Below, piece after piece: positions 28,026-39,587 of a stretch of DNA of 64,000 nucleotides; the first letter of the stretch is position 1; each line of letters opens with the position of its first letter. Origin of the DNA: Beijerinckiaceae bacterium. GTDB taxonomy: Bacteria > Pseudomonadota > Alphaproteobacteria > Rhizobiales > Beijerinckiaceae. The stretch covers positions 3,271 to 67,270 of the forward strand of contig SCSF01000072.1 in NCBI GenBank assembly GCA_004298435.1, given 5' to 3'. The notes under the pieces were generated by a model. It had not been told where the DNA came from. It did no database searches and saw only the letters and a list, made by a program, of their open reading frames with translations. Made by a program: the position numbers and the translations under genes.

Positions 28026-28217
28026 TCAGTGCAGAGTTTCCGTCTCGCGCTCCGTCTTCGACAGCTTCGCGATTTCGTCCTTGATTTGCAATTTTCGCCG
28101 CTTCAGCTCGGCCAGTTTGACTTCGTCGATACTCGGATGCGTCGATTCCCTTGCAATTTCATGGTCGAGAGCATCATGACGACGCTGAAGCTCGATAAGG
28201 TGACTCTGCATTGGCAT
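28026..28217 (-). CDS. DUF465/YdcH-like small protein
   Basis: MQSHLIELQRRHDALD...LKRRKLQIKDEI. Confidence 0.85.
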   Translation of the reverse strand: MPMQSHLIELQRRHDALDHEIARESTHPSIDEVKLAELKRRKLQIKDEIAKLSKTERETETLH

Positions 28218-28471
28218 TCCGCACTCCTTTCGAAGGCTCGTTGACGACAGAAGTGTGACACAAGAATGCGATACCGCGAAGGGGTCATGCGGTGTTTCTG
28301 AAATCAAATCGACGCATTCCCGGATGCACGCCCGGTGCAGAAAACCGCCCTTCCGCTTCGGCAAAATCGCCGAAAGTTGAAAGGCAGCGCGGACATATTC
28401 TTTGCTGTTTTTGCCGCTTGGTTTAAAAAAGATCTGGAGTGCGAATAGCGTCAACGGGATGAGGCGAGGAC

Positions 28472-29230
28472 ATGGCACTGCGAATCATGGCGCCCCGAAT
28501 CACGACTGTTGCCCTCGCCCTGGTGGCAGGCGTTGCCCTGACGGTTCCCGCCAGCGCGCAATGGCGGTATTATGACGGCTATCGCCCCTATCCCGCCGCT
28601 CCTGACTATGAGCCGCAGCCGCAGGCGCCTGAGGGCTATGGCTACGCTCCGGGGCAGAGCGACCCCTATGCGACGCCTTATTCCGGCGGTACGCAGCAGA
28701 GCTATGCTCCGACTGAGCCTGTCGTTCCAGGCGAGCCGCTCTCGGGCGGCGCAAAGAGCGACAGATTGGCCGCCGCATCGCCGAGAACGGCCCAGCTTGT
28801 CCCAAATCCCACGAGCGAACCGCCTGGCACGATTGTAATCGACACGGAGTCGCGGCATCTCTTCCTTGTGTTGAAGAACGGCAACGCGATCGAATATGGC
28901 ATCGGCGTCGGCCGCGAGGGTTTCGGCTGGAAGGGCGTCGCCCATGTCGGCCGCAAGGCCGAATGGCCGCGCTGGATACCGCCGAAGGAAATGCTCGCGC
29001 GGCGTCCCGATCTGCCAAGCGAAATGTCGGGCGGCCTCGCCAATCCGCTTGGCGCGCGCGCGCTTTATCTCTTCCGGGGCCATAAGGATACGCTGTTCCG
29101 CATCCACGGCACGAATGAGCCGAACACGATCGGCCACGCCGTTTCGTCGGGCTGCATCCGCATGATGAATGCAGACGTGATGGATCTCTACCGCCGCGTG
29201 CCGGTCGGCACCAAGGTCGTGGTGCTGTAA
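28472..29230 (+). CDS. L,D-transpeptidase (YkuD family)
   Basis: Signal peptide; NPLGARALYL, RIHGT, SSGCIRM. Confidence 0.95.
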   Translation: MALRIMAPRITTVALALVAGVALTVPASAQWRYYDGYRPYPAAPDYEPQPQAPEGYGYAPGQSDPYATPYSGGTQQSYAPTEPVVPGEPLSGGAKSDRLAAASPRTAQLVPNPTSEPPGTIVIDTESRHLFLVLKNGNAIEYGIGVGREGFGWKGVAHVGRKAEWPRWIPPKEMLARRPDLPSEMSGGLANPLGARALYLFRGHKDTLFRIHGTNEPNTIGHAVSSGCIRMMNADVMDLYRRVPVGTKVVVL

Positions 29231-29416
29231 ATCGCTTTTAGACTCATCTGAATGGCGCGTGGGCGCGACCTTTGCGCCTGATTCCATGCTTGGCGCTTGA
29301 CCTCTGCGCCCCCGTCGTCTTTAGAGCGGGTTCCATCGAAAATATGTCGGGGCGCTCCCGAGCTTTCACGGCGATGCCCCGATCCGCGTCGCCGTCGCCA
29401 TATCCCGGAGAAAAAA

Positions 29417-30847
29417 ATGTCGAATTGGCCCGTGCATGGCACGATCACTGGTCCCGTTGTTATGATCGGCTTTGGCTCGATCGGACGCGGAACCCTGCCC
29501 CTGATCGAGCGGCACTTCAAATTCGACAAATCCCGCCTCACCGTGATCGATCCTGTGGACAAGGATCGCAAGCTTGTCGAGGAGCGCGGCTATCGCTTCG
29601 TCAAGGAGGCCGTGCGGCGCGATAATTTCATCGATCTGCTCAAACCGCTTCTGACTGGGGGAAGCGGGCAACCCTTCATCGTCAACCTCTCGGTCGATGT
29701 CTCCTCCGCCGCGATCATGCGGCTCGCGCACGAGATCGGCGCGCTTTATGTCGATACGGTCTGCGAGCCGTGGCCCGGCTTCTATACGGATACGCGCCTC
29801 AACCTGTCGCAGCGCTCGAATTATGCGTTGCGCGCCGAAGTGCTTGATCAGCGCACCGCGCTTGGCAGCGGCCCCACGGCGGTCTCCTGCTGCGGCGCCA
29901 ATCCGGGCATGGTCTCATGGTTCGTCAAGCAGGCGCTGCTCAACATTGCCGCCGATTTGAAAGTACCGGCGAAAGCGCCGCAAAGCCGCGAAGATTGGGC
30001 GAGGCTCGCGATGCAACTCGGCGTCAAGGGCATTCATATCGCCGAGCGCGACACGCAGCGCGCCAGGAAGCCCAAGCCCCTCGGCACTTTCGTCAACACA
30101 TGGTCGGTTGAAGGCTTCGTGTCGGAAGGCTTGCAGCCCGCGGAACTGGGCTGGGGCACGCATGAGAAGCAGTTGCCGCCGGAAGGCAAGACGCATGGCT
30201 ACGGCACGGATTGCGCCATTTACCTGTTGCGTCCCGGCGCGGGCACGCGTGTACGGTCATGGACACCGACAGCGAAAGCCCAGCACGGCTTTCTCGTCAC
30301 CCACAATGAATCGATCTCGATTGCCGATTATCTGACCGTGCGCGACAACGGCAATGTCGTCTATCGGCCGACCTGCCACTACGCCTACCGGCCCGCCGAT
30401 GACGCCGTGCTCTCACTGGATGAAATGGCCGGCGCGCAATGGCAGGTGCAGAAGACGTTTCACATCCTCGATGAGAATGAGATCGTCGACGGCATCGATG
30501 AACTCGGCGTTCTCGTCTATGGCCATGCGAAGAATGCCTATTGGTATGGGTCGCAGCTTTCGATCGAGGAAACGCGGAAGATCGCGCCTTTTCAGAACGC
30601 AACTGGTTTGCAGGTGAGTTCGGCTGTGCTCGCCGGCATGGTCTGGGCGCTTGAGAATCCGAAGGCCGGCATTGTCGAGGCTGACGAAATCGATTTCCGC
30701 CGCTGCCTCGAAGTGCAAATGCCCTATCTCGGCCCGGTCATCGGCGAATATACGGAGTGGACGCCGCTCGTCGATCGCAACATTCTTTTCCCCGAGGATC
30801 TCGATCTCGAAGATCCCTGGCAGTTCAAGAATGTGATTGTGAGATAG
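29417..30847 (+). CDS. hss: Homospermidine synthase
   Basis: IGFGSIG, CCGANPGMVSWFVK, NTWSVEGF, QNATGLQV. Confidence 0.95.
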   Translation: MSNWPVHGTITGPVVMIGFGSIGRGTLPLIERHFKFDKSRLTVIDPVDKDRKLVEERGYRFVKEAVRRDNFIDLLKPLLTGGSGQPFIVNLSVDVSSAAIMRLAHEIGALYVDTVCEPWPGFYTDTRLNLSQRSNYALRAEVLDQRTALGSGPTAVSCCGANPGMVSWFVKQALLNIAADLKVPAKAPQSREDWARLAMQLGVKGIHIAERDTQRARKPKPLGTFVNTWSVEGFVSEGLQPAELGWGTHEKQLPPEGKTHGYGTDCAIYLLRPGAGTRVRSWTPTAKAQHGFLVTHNESISIADYLTVRDNGNVVYRPTCHYAYRPADDAVLSLDEMAGAQWQVQKTFHILDENEIVDGIDELGVLVYGHAKNAYWYGSQLSIEETRKIAPFQNATGLQVSSAVLAGMVWALENPKAGIVEADEIDFRRCLEVQMPYLGPVIGEYTEWTPLVDRNILFPEDLDLEDPWQFKNVIVR

Positions 30848-30904
30848 GGCGCGAACGGTCCTCTGGAAGATTTGTCGCCGCGTGCGAGAGACGGTGCATG
30901 CGCG

Positions 30905-31816
30905 CTACATGCTGCGCCGCGCAGGCTTGATGAGCAGGGTCGTGATCCGCGGTTGTGCTGCGCGAATACGATGTTCGAGTTTTTCGACGAGACTTTCGAC
31001 GTCGCCGGCGCCCAGCGAATCGTCGAAATCGACGCCAAGGGCCGCCACGATCTGATCCGGCGCAAGGTGAATCGTGAAAAGCGTGTGTGCGCTCGTGACG
31101 CCCGCGGTGCTGCGCGCCATGTCGAGGATCGCGGTTACAGTGCCGGCATCGGCGCTCTCGCCGATCAGCAGATTCTTGCTCTCGCGGGCGAGGATGATGG
31201 CGACGCCACCAAGCAGCAGACCGATTCCGATCGAGGCGATCCCGTCGAAGATCGGCATATGAAGCATTTCGCTCGCCAGAATGCCCGCGAAGGCGAAAAC
31301 CAGGCCGATGAGATCGGCGCTGTCTTCCAGCAGCACGATGAATCCCGGCGGATCCTTGCTTTTTTCGATCGCTTCCATCCAGCCAAGCGCGCCTTTGGCT
31401 TCCCGGAAAGCGCGGAAGGCGACGATCCATGACGAGCCTTCGAAAAGGAAAGCCGCGCCGAGGACAATATAATTGACGTAGCTGCTGGAGATGGGTTCGG
31501 GCGCGAGAATGTGGGCAATGCCCTCGTAAATGGAGAGCCCCGAACCGACCGCGAAAATCAGCAGAGCGACGATGAAGCTCCAGAAATAGAGCTCTCTGCC
31601 GTGCCCCAGCGGATGCAATTCGTCTGGCGGCAATGCCGCGCGATGCTGGCCGTAAAGGAGCAGAGCCTCATTGCCACTGTCGACCAGCGAATGCACGGCC
31701 TCGCTCAGCATGGCCGAACTGCCGGTAAACAGCGCCGCTGCAAATTTGGTCAGCGTAACCAGAAGATTGGCTGCAAGAGCCACGATAACGACGACTTTGG
31801 AAGAGGCGCCGCTCAT
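30905..31816 (-). CDS. Cation diffusion facilitator transporter
   Basis: SEAVHSLVD (HxxxD), HPLGHGRE, LEDSAD. Confidence 0.9.
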   Translation of the reverse strand: MSGASSKVVVIVALAANLLVTLTKFAAALFTGSSAMLSEAVHSLVDSGNEALLLYGQHRAALPPDELHPLGHGRELYFWSFIVALLIFAVGSGLSIYEGIAHILAPEPISSSYVNYIVLGAAFLFEGSSWIVAFRAFREAKGALGWMEAIEKSKDPPGFIVLLEDSADLIGLVFAFAGILASEMLHMPIFDGIASIGIGLLLGGVAIILARESKNLLIGESADAGTVTAILDMARSTAGVTSAHTLFTIHLAPDQIVAALGVDFDDSLGAGDVESLVEKLEHRIRAAQPRITTLLIKPARRSM

Positions 31817-31829
31817 GGCTCAGCCGACC

Positions 31830-32678
31830 TCATTCCGGCAAGTCTGCCTCGTCTTTCAATCCGCCGGGTTGCGGCATGAAGATGATGTTGTAGCCGGAAT
31901 CGACATAATGGATTTCGCCGGTTACGCCGCGCGCGAGATCGGAAACGAGATAAAGCCCCGCGCCGCCGACATCCTCGATGCAGAGCGTGTGCTGCAAGGG
32001 TGCGTGCATCTTCTGGAAATTGAACATGAAGCGCGCATCGGCGATTCCCGCGCCAGCCAGCGTGCGGATAGGTCCGGCTGAAATCGCGTTGACGCGAATG
32101 CCTTGCGGGCCGAAATCCGCTGCGAGATAGCGCACGCTCGCTTCAAGGGCAGCTTTGGCGACGCCCATCACATTGTAATTCGGCATCACGCGCGACGCGC
32201 CACCGAATGTCAGCGTCAAAAGCGACCCGCCGTTCGGCATCAGCGCCGCCGCGCGCTTGGCCGCCTCTGTGAAGGAGAAGGCCGAAATCAACATCGTATG
32301 CAGAAAATTCTTCCGCGTCGTATCGGCATAGCGGCCCTTGAGTTCGGAACGGTCCGAATAGGCGACGCAATGGACGAGAAAATCCAGGCTGCCCCATTCG
32401 CTGCCGATGGCTGCGAAGGTTGCGTCGAGGGATTCGAGGTCCTCCACATCGCAAGGCAGAACAAGCGAAGACCCGAGACTTTGGGCAAGCGGCTTCACCC
32501 GCTTGCCCAGAGACGCGTTCTGAAACGTGAAGGCAAGCTCTGCGCCTTGCGCAGCAAGCGCCCTGGCGATGCCCCAGGCGATCGAATGATCGTTGGCGAC
32601 GCCCATGATGAGGCCGCGCTTGCCCTGCATCAGCGTGCCTGCGGGAACGCCAGCGGCGTTCGGCTCAGGCGTCGACAT
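31830..32678 (-). CDS. fabI: Enoyl-ACP reductase FabI
   Basis: [33 protein letters not shown]. Confidence 0.95.
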   Translation of the reverse strand: MSTPEPNAAGVPAGTLMQGKRGLIMGVANDHSIAWGIARALAAQGAELAFTFQNASLGKRVKPLAQSLGSSLVLPCDVEDLESLDATFAAIGSEWGSLDFLVHCVAYSDRSELKGRYADTTRKNFLHTMLISAFSFTEAAKRAAALMPNGGSLLTLTFGGASRVMPNYNVMGVAKAALEASVRYLAADFGPQGIRVNAISAGPIRTLAGAGIADARFMFNFQKMHAPLQHTLCIEDVGGAGLYLVSDLARGVTGEIHYVDSGYNIIFMPQPGGLKDEADLPE

Positions 32679-33888
32679 GTTTCAGGACGAGTGAGGCGTT
32701 GGTGCCGCCGAAACCGAAGGAGTTCGAGAGAACAGCGCGAAGATTCACATTATCCAGCCGCTGGCGGACGATGTTCATATCCTCGAAAGCAGGGTCGAGT
32801 TCTTCGATATTGGCGCTGGCGCAGATGAAGCCGCTCTGCATCATCAACAGGCTGTAGATGAATTCATGCACGCCCGTCGCGCCCTGGGCATGACCGGTCA
32901 GGGATTTCGTTGCAGAAATCGGCGGACATTTGTCTTCGGCTCCGAAAACGGCGCGGATCGCTTCGATTTCCTTGGCGTCGCCGATCGGTGTCGAGGTGGC
33001 ATGCGGATTGATGTAGTCGATCGGAACCTTCAGGTCCTTTGTCGCCATGCGCATGCAGCGCATTGCGCCTTCGCCGGATGGCGCCACCATGTCGACGCCA
33101 TCAGACGAGAGGCCATAACCGACGACTTCCGCGTAGATCTTCGCGCCGCGCGCCTTGGCGTGCTCAAGTTCTTCAAGGACGACCGTTCCCGCGCCGGCGG
33201 CGATGACAAAGCCATCGCGGTTTTTGTCATAGGCGCGGGAAGCGGCCGTCGGCCTGTCGTTGTAGGAGGACGACAGCGCGCCCATCGCATCGAAGAGAAC
33301 CGAAAGGCCCCAGTCGAGTTCTTCGCAGCCGCCGGCAAACATCACGTCCTGCTTGCCGTATTGAATCATCTCATAGGCATTGCCGATGCAATGATTGGAA
33401 GTCGCGCAGGCGGACGAGATCGAATAATTTACGCCCTTGATCTTGAACCAGGTCGCAAGCGTCGCCGAAGCGGTGGAGCACATCGCCTTTGGTACGGCAA
33501 AGGGACCGATTTTCTTTGGCCCCTTGCTGCGCGCGGTATCGGCTGCATCAATCAGCGCGCGCACGGAGGGTCCGCCGGATCCCATGATGAGGCCGGTGCG
33601 CTCATTTGAAATTTCGGTTTCGGTAAGGCCGGCGTCCTGGATCGCCTGATCCATGGCCACATGATTCCAGGCGGTGCCGCCGCCATGAAAACGCATGGCG
33701 CGCCGGTCAACCATCGCTTCAGGATCGAGCTTGGGCGCTCCGTGAACCTGGCTGCGGAAGCCCATTTCGGCATATTGCCCGGCGCGGATCACGCCAGAGC
33801 GTCCCTCGCGAAGAGAAGCCAGCACTTCCTGCGAATTATTGCCGATCGGGGAAACGATGCCGATCCCCGTAACGACCACGCGCCTCAT
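32665..33888 (-). CDS. fabB: Beta-ketoacyl-ACP synthase I
   Basis: [24 protein letters not shown]. Confidence 0.95.
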   Translation of the reverse strand: MRRVVVTGIGIVSPIGNNSQEVLASLREGRSGVIRAGQYAEMGFRSQVHGAPKLDPEAMVDRRAMRFHGGGTAWNHVAMDQAIQDAGLTETEISNERTGLIMGSGGPSVRALIDAADTARSKGPKKIGPFAVPKAMCSTASATLATWFKIKGVNYSISSACATSNHCIGNAYEMIQYGKQDVMFAGGCEELDWGLSVLFDAMGALSSSYNDRPTAASRAYDKNRDGFVIAAGAGTVVLEELEHAKARGAKIYAEVVGYGLSSDGVDMVAPSGEGAMRCMRMATKDLKVPIDYINPHATSTPIGDAKEIEAIRAVFGAEDKCPPISATKSLTGHAQGATGVHEFIYSLLMMQSGFICASANIEELDPAFEDMNIVRQRLDNVNLRAVLSNSFGFGGTNASLVLKHVDA

Positions 33889-33952
33889 TCCTGTCTCCTC
33901 TTTGCGCCCGCCTTTCGCGGCGGACCGCAGCATAGGCAGGGACTCGGCATTA

Positions 33953-34477
33953 TTATGCTGCCGTTGGCGCCGTGGCCTTGAACAGGCCTACTCTGAGATC
34001 GGTCGCCATATAGATACGCGTGCCGTCGGCTTCGAGCCAGCCATCGGCTATTCCAAGCACAAGCTTGGTTTTGAACACGCGCTTCAGATCGACCCCATAA
34101 ATGATCCGCTTGACCGTGGGTAGCACCTGATCGGTGAATTTGACTTCGCCGACTCCGAGCGCACGCCCGGCTCCGGGCAAGCCAAGCCAGCCGAGATAGA
34201 AGCCGAGCAATTGCCAAAGGGCATCGAGCCCGAGGCAGCCGGGCATCACGGGATCGCCTTTGAAATGGCAGCCAAAAAACCAGTGATCGGGCCTGATCGC
34301 AAATTCGGCGCGGATCTGGCCCTTTCCGCTCGGGCCGCCTTCTTCTGAAATTTCGGCGATCTTGTCGAACATCAAAAGTGGCGGCAGCGGCAGTTGCGGG
34401 TTGCCCGGGCCGAAAAGATCACCGCGGCCGCAAGCAATAAGGTCCTCATATTCGAAACTGGAGCGCCGTTCGCCCAT
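33953..34477 (-). CDS. fabA: 3-hydroxyacyl-ACP dehydratase/isomerase FabA
   Basis: [25 protein letters not shown]. Confidence 0.95.
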   Translation of the reverse strand: MGERRSSFEYEDLIACGRGDLFGPGNPQLPLPPLLMFDKIAEISEEGGPSGKGQIRAEFAIRPDHWFFGCHFKGDPVMPGCLGLDALWQLLGFYLGWLGLPGAGRALGVGEVKFTDQVLPTVKRIIYGVDLKRVFKTKLVLGIADGWLEADGTRIYMATDLRVGLFKATAPTAA

Positions 34478-34942
34478 TTTGGCTTCACTCTTCGACAAGT
34501 TCGCAGCCTCATTGGACGTGCGCATGAATTTGCGGCTTTCTAACATAGGCTCCGGCGGATCGAAAAGCGGGTTGAGTGACGCAATTTTGCATTGACGCGG
34601 CTCCTCTTCCATCGCAAGCGCGGCCGGATCCCGATCCACCTAGCTGATCTTGTAGATAAGTCTTAGCTGAATCAATGGCTTATAACGGGTCGGCGGGTTT
34701 TTTCGTGCTTATGCGGCGTTGCTGGCGCTTGCGGAGCAGGCGAAACCCTGAATTTATTTTCTGCGCGCCTGTGGAAATGTTTCGATGCAGTCACGTTCTG
34801 CTTATGCGGCTCGATGCTTGACGGCGCCGCATCGGCGTTAAATGCCCTGTCAAATCGTACACTTGTCATATTTGGCAGAGTCTCGTAAAAAGATTGGGTC
34901 AGATCCCTGCGTCAGGATGACCGGGGTCGAAGGGTCGAACAA

Positions 34943-35461
34943 ATGGTTCAGGCGAAACGCAAACCAAAATCCCGCAAGAGTGAGCTTGCGCGCCGCAATG
35001 CGATCGGCGCTCTTCTGGCTGGTTGCCCGGTCCATGAGTTGCGCACGAAATTGCGCGCTGCGGGTTTGCGGCCAACGCGCCAGCGCGTCGCGCTGGGTTG
35101 GCTGCTGTTTGCCAAGGGCGACCGGCATCTGACGGCGGAGAAGTTGCAGGAGGAGGCGGAAGCCTCGCGCGTGCCTATTTCGCTCGCCACGATCTACAAC
35201 AGCCTGCATCAATTCACCGAGGCTGGCTTGCTGCGCGAAATAGCGGTCGATGGTTCGAAGACCTATTTCGATACGAATGTCTCGCACCACGATCATTTTC
35301 TGGTCGAGGGCGTAAACACGCTGATCGACATTCCGCAGGTTCTTGTCGATACGCTCAACCTGCCGCCGCGCCCGACGGGGACGGAGATTGCGCGGGTTGA
35401 AGTCGTCGTCCGGCTACGGCCAGGGGCAGCCGAACCGCCTGCCGCCACGACAGAAAAATAA
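34943..35461 (+). CDS. irr: Fur-family iron response regulator Irr
   Basis: GLRPTRQR, SLATIYNSL, SHHDHF; divergent from fabA. Confidence 0.9.
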   Translation: MVQAKRKPKSRKSELARRNAIGALLAGCPVHELRTKLRAAGLRPTRQRVALGWLLFAKGDRHLTAEKLQEEAEASRVPISLATIYNSLHQFTEAGLLREIAVDGSKTYFDTNVSHHDHFLVEGVNTLIDIPQVLVDTLNLPPRPTGTEIARVEVVVRLRPGAAEPPAATTEK

Positions 35462-35469
35462 AAGACGCG

Positions 35470-35494
35470 GAGCCGCCCTTTGGCGGCTCTTTTT
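35470..35494 (+). terminator. Intrinsic terminator between irr and the SH3 gene
   Basis: GAGCCGCC-CTTT-GGCGGCTC followed by TTTTT. Confidence 0.8.
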
Positions 35495-36143
35495 AGTTGA
35501 TCTTTTCGTTCGGATAGACGCCCCAGAGCGACGTCTGGCGGATATAGCCTTCGAACTCCTCACCGGAAACATGACACCAGTGGCCGTCGCAGCTTTTTAT
35601 GGCGGCGATCACCCCGGATTGCAGCTTTGCGACCGGCGTGGCGTGTTTTGAAGGCGCGGCGTAAAGCGTGAAAACATCGCCCTTTTTCCATGGGGCGACG
35701 AGTGCGGTGCGGCGACCTGACAAGAGGCTGTGGAGCACCCAGCCTTCCGTCCCCTCCGAATCGCGAATCTTGCGCCACACGTCGAACTCGGCGGTTATCT
35801 CCACTGGAAGACCGGCGCGCTGGAATACCCAGGTGGTGCGGTGTTCCCGCGAAGGACCTTCGCGGAGATTGACGCGATCGGCCTTGAGGCTGACGAAACG
35901 CGGCAAGGGCAGACCGCTGACGCTGCCGATCTTTTCCCCGAGCTTCAACTCGGGATTGCGGGGGTGCGCCTGCGCGGGCGCGATAGCAAGGGCTGCGAAA
36001 AGCGCCGCAACCCAGGCGACGTAGACAAGGCGCGCCGGCAACTTCGGCCAGAACCTGCTTGATCTTGCTGAAATTCCACTGAGCCACGCCATGAGGAAGG
36101 TGGCTATATAAAAATCTCCGCGCTGCCGAATCGCTGCTTCCAT
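35493..36143 (-). CDS. Tandem bacterial SH3-domain protein (start uncertain)
   Basis: SGLPLPRFVSLK..VNLREGP...WRKIRDSEGTEGWV. Confidence 0.85.
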   Translation of the reverse strand: MEAAIRQRGDFYIATFLMAWLSGISARSSRFWPKLPARLVYVAWVAALFAALAIAPAQAHPRNPELKLGEKIGSVSGLPLPRFVSLKADRVNLREGPSREHRTTWVFQRAGLPVEITAEFDVWRKIRDSEGTEGWVLHSLLSGRRTALVAPWKKGDVFTLYAAPSKHATPVAKLQSGVIAAIKSCDGHWCHVSGEEFEGYIRQTSLWGVYPNEKIN

Positions 36144-36700
36144 AATTCTTTCTTCGTTGCCCGTGTGCGCACACGGTCTCTCAGCCTCTCGCCGGACATC
36201 CGAAATCGATGCGAATGCCTGCGGGCCGGGACTCAGGAGCGACCTGCCGGAAAGGAGCGGCGAATTTGCGTCCAAAGGAGAATTATTTTGCTCGTTCGGC
36301 AGGGCCATCGCCGGTGCTGTGGCCCGAGTGCCGACGTCATGTCCACTCACTGGGACGAGATACGGGGTTCGAGTCGCGGTCATGGATCCTGCCACTCTTT
36401 GTGTTTGAACGGCCGTCTGCTAGATCACGATGGCAAAGGCGGCTTGATCGCATCGCGATGGGATGAAGGGAACGCCTTAAGGTGCTGACGCAGTGCGGGA
36501 GAAACGGCTGTATCTCTTTACTGTGGCGCACAAAGTTAAGGGCGGGTGAAGATCCGCTTGGCCAAAACGCAGCGAGGCATTTGCGAGCGTAATCCTCGCG
36601 GTGCCTATTGCATCATGGCTCCGGATCAATAGGGTGGCGCTGACCGCCGTTTCGGCTTGCCGGTCAGGCGAACCCTGAAGGCCGGTTCGGGACGAAAGAA

Positions 36701-36747
36701 CGGGATGCGAAGAGCGAATGCCGGCTTCTCGCGGAAATCCCGCTCTA
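36701..36747. repeat. Degenerate palindromic intergenic element (same family as 42949 and 46555)
   Basis: CGGGATGCGAAG...TTCTCGCGGAAATCCCGCTCT aligns with the reverse complement of 46555-46607. Confidence 0.6.
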
Positions 36748-36862
36748 CATTATTGGAACCGGTCGCGTCGCATGTGATGCGATCCAGCCGTAATGTCGGA
36801 AATTCCGACGGCCTGCGCTAGCGGACGCCCGCCGACCGCCGCAGGCAATGACAGGATGCAGA

Positions 36863-37858
36863 ATGAGCAGGAAAAAGCCGCTCGTCGTCATCACACGAAA
36901 ATTGCCCGACGTCATAGAGACGCGCATGTACGAATTGTTCGACACGCGGCTCAATCTCGACGACAAGGCAATGTCGCAGGCCGAGCTCGCCGAAGTGATG
37001 CGCGTCGCCGACGTCATCGTGCCGACGGTTACGGATCGCATCGATTCGACGTTGATCGAACAGGCTGGGCCGCAACTCAAGCTCATCGCCAATTTTGGGA
37101 CCGGCGTCGATCATATCGACATCGGCGTCGCAACGCAGCGCGGTATAACCGTCACCAATACGCCTGGCGTTCTCACCGAGGATACGGCGGACATGACCAT
37201 GGCGCTGATCCTTGCCGTCGCGCGGCGCCTCGTCGAGGGCGCGCATATCATCCCCGACGCACAATGGAGCGGCTGGTCGCCAACCTGGATGCTCGGTAGG
37301 CGCATTACCGGCAAGCGCCTCGGCATTGTCGGCATGGGGCGCATCGGCCAGGCTCTGGCGCGCCGCGCGCGCGCTTTCGGGTTGCAGATTCACTATCATA
37401 ACCGCCGGCGTGTCGCGGTGGCGATCGAAGAGGAACTCGAGGCGACCTATTGGGAGTCGCTCGATCAGATGCTGGCGCGGATGGATATCGTCTCGGTCAA
37501 TTGTCCACACACGCCGGCGACATATCATCTTCTCTCAGCCAGGCGGCTCACCTATCTGCGGCCGCATGCCATCATCGTGAATACGGCGCGCGGCGAAGTG
37601 ATCGATGAGATCGCCCTGACCCGCATGCTGGAGACTGACGAACTCGCTGGAGCCGGCCTCGATGTTTTCGAGCACGAGCCGGCGATCTCGCCGAAGCTCA
37701 TCAAGCTCGCCAATGCCGGCAAGGTAACGCTGCTGCCGCATATGGGCTCCGCGACGGTGGAGGGCCGGCTCGATATGGGCGAGAAGGTCATCATCAATGT
37801 GAAGACCTTCATGGACGGGCATCGTCCGCCAGACCGCGTGCTGCCGAATATGGTGTGA
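36863..37858 (+). CDS. D-2-hydroxyacid (glycerate/glyoxylate) dehydrogenase
   Basis: GIVGMGRIG, NTARG, GLDVFEHEP, LPHMGSAT. Confidence 0.93.
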   Translation: MSRKKPLVVITRKLPDVIETRMYELFDTRLNLDDKAMSQAELAEVMRVADVIVPTVTDRIDSTLIEQAGPQLKLIANFGTGVDHIDIGVATQRGITVTNTPGVLTEDTADMTMALILAVARRLVEGAHIIPDAQWSGWSPTWMLGRRITGKRLGIVGMGRIGQALARRARAFGLQIHYHNRRRVAVAIEEELEATYWESLDQMLARMDIVSVNCPHTPATYHLLSARRLTYLRPHAIIVNTARGEVIDEIALTRMLETDELAGAGLDVFEHEPAISPKLIKLANAGKVTLLPHMGSATVEGRLDMGEKVIINVKTFMDGHRPPDRVLPNMV

Positions 37859-37875
37859 GGACCGCTGTGAAAGCC

Positions 37876-38994
37876 TCAGTCCTCGCGCGGCAAGATCCGC
37901 GTCACATGCCCCATTTTGCGGCCGGGGCGCGCCTGCGCCTTGCCGTAAAGATGCAGGCAGGCGCCGGGCTCGGCAAGAATTTCTCTCCACGCATCGGCTT
38001 CATCACCAATGAGATTGCGCATCTCGACCGTCGCGCCATGCCGCGTCGTCGCGCCAAGCGGCCAGCCTGCGATCGCCCGGACATGCTGCTCGAATTGTGA
38101 GGTGACGGCGCCGCCCAGTGTCCAGTGCCCGGAATTATGAACCCGCGGCGCAATCTCGTTGACCTTGATCGTCTGCACGGGCGCACCATTTTTGCCGGTC
38201 CCTTCGCATACGAACATTTCGACGCCGATGATGCCGACATAATCGAGCGCATCGGCGATTTTCTTTGCGCAGGCGATGGCCTCAGCGGCGCACTCGCTGC
38301 TGATGCGCGCGGGCGCGTGGCTTGTGCTCAGAATGTGATTGACGTGATGGTTCTCGCAGACGTCATAGGCCTTGAACTCGCCATCGATACCGCGCGCCGC
38401 GACGACGGAAACCTCTTTGGTGAAGTTCACCAGGCCTTCAAGGATAGTCGGCACCCCGCCGAGACTGTCGAACGCCCGCGCGAGATCGGTGCCCTCGCGG
38501 ATCGCGATCTGCCCCTTGCCGTCATAGCCGAAGCGGCGCGTCTTCAGGATCGCCGGACGGCCGATGCGGCCGACGGCTGCGGCAAGCGCGCCCGCATCAT
38601 CGACGGCTGCAAAGGGAGCCGTTTCGATTCCGAGGGACGTCACAAAGTTCTTTTCGACAAGCCGATCCTGGCTGGCCGCAAGCGCCTCGGGGCCGGGCCG
38701 TACCGGGCCATGCTCCGCCAGCACGGCGGCGGTGCGGGCGGGCACATTCTCGAATTCATAGGTGACGACATCGACCTCCTGCGCGAAATGCGCGAGGGCC
38801 GCCTCGTCATCGAAAGCTGCGATGGTATGTTTCGCGGCCACATCGAAGGCGGGGCTGTGCTGGTCAGGCGAGAAAATATGCGCTTTGAGCCCCAGCCGCG
38901 CCGCCGCCATAGCCAGCATGCGGCCGAGCTGGCCGCCGCCCAGAATGCCGATCGTATCGCCTGGCTTGAGCCGGCGTGCTTGCGCGGGGGACAT
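37876..38994 (-). CDS. purK: N5-CAIR synthetase
   Basis: GGGQLGRM, YEFENVP, GYDGKGQ, RVHNSGHWT. Confidence 0.95.
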   Translation of the reverse strand: MSPAQARRLKPGDTIGILGGGQLGRMLAMAAARLGLKAHIFSPDQHSPAFDVAAKHTIAAFDDEAALAHFAQEVDVVTYEFENVPARTAAVLAEHGPVRPGPEALAASQDRLVEKNFVTSLGIETAPFAAVDDAGALAAAVGRIGRPAILKTRRFGYDGKGQIAIREGTDLARAFDSLGGVPTILEGLVNFTKEVSVVAARGIDGEFKAYDVCENHHVNHILSTSHAPARISSECAAEAIACAKKIADALDYVGIIGVEMFVCEGTGKNGAPVQTIKVNEIAPRVHNSGHWTLGGAVTSQFEQHVRAIAGWPLGATTRHGATVEMRNLIGDEADAWREILAEPGACLHLYGKAQARPGRKMGHVTRILPRED

Positions 38995-38998
38995 CAGG

Positions 38999-39496
38999 TC
39001 AGCTCTCTTTCGCGGGGGTCTCGGCCACTCTCTGCGTCTGCGCCGAGCGCCAGTCGTCAAGGCGTTTGGCAAGAGCCGAATCGTTCAAGGCGAGCACCGC
39101 GGCGGCAAGCAGGGCGGCATTGATGGCGCCGGCCTCCCCGATGGCCAGGGTGCCGACTGGTACGCCGGCCGGCATCTGGACGATCGACAGAAGCGAATCC
39201 TGACCGTGGAGCGCCTTGCTCGCGATTGGAACGCCGAAGACAGGCAGTGATGTCATCGCCGCCGTCATGCCGGGCAAATGGGCGGCTCCGCCGGCCCCGG
39301 CGATGATCAGCTTGAAGCCCGCATCCCTCGCGCCTTTGGCGAATTTGACGAGCCGGTCCGGCGTGCGATGCGCCGAGACGATCAAAGTCTCATGGCCGAT
39401 GCCGAGAGCTTCGAGCGTCTCGGCGGCATGGTGCATCGTCTTCCAATCCGACTGGCTGCCCATGATGATGGCGATGGGCTTGTCTTGCTTGGGCAC
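38999..39496 (-). CDS. purE: N5-CAIR mutase
   Basis: [31 protein letters not shown]. Confidence 0.96.
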   Translation of the reverse strand: MPKQDKPIAIIMGSQSDWKTMHHAAETLEALGIGHETLIVSAHRTPDRLVKFAKGARDAGFKLIIAGAGGAAHLPGMTAAMTSLPVFGVPIASKALHGQDSLLSIVQMPAGVPVGTLAIGEAGAINAALLAAAVLALNDSALAKRLDDWRSAQTQRVAETPAKES

Positions 39497-39587
39497 AGCG
39501 TGCGCTTCCGGCAGGTTTCAGGGAAAGAAGCGGCATAAAGGAAGGGGATGGGCGGCGCAACCCCGGAGAGGATCCACGTCGCGGGCC

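Noticed and set aside
29231-29416. Riboswitch upstream of hss
   Set aside because: No recognisable aptamer consensus by eye; an Rfam scan would be needed
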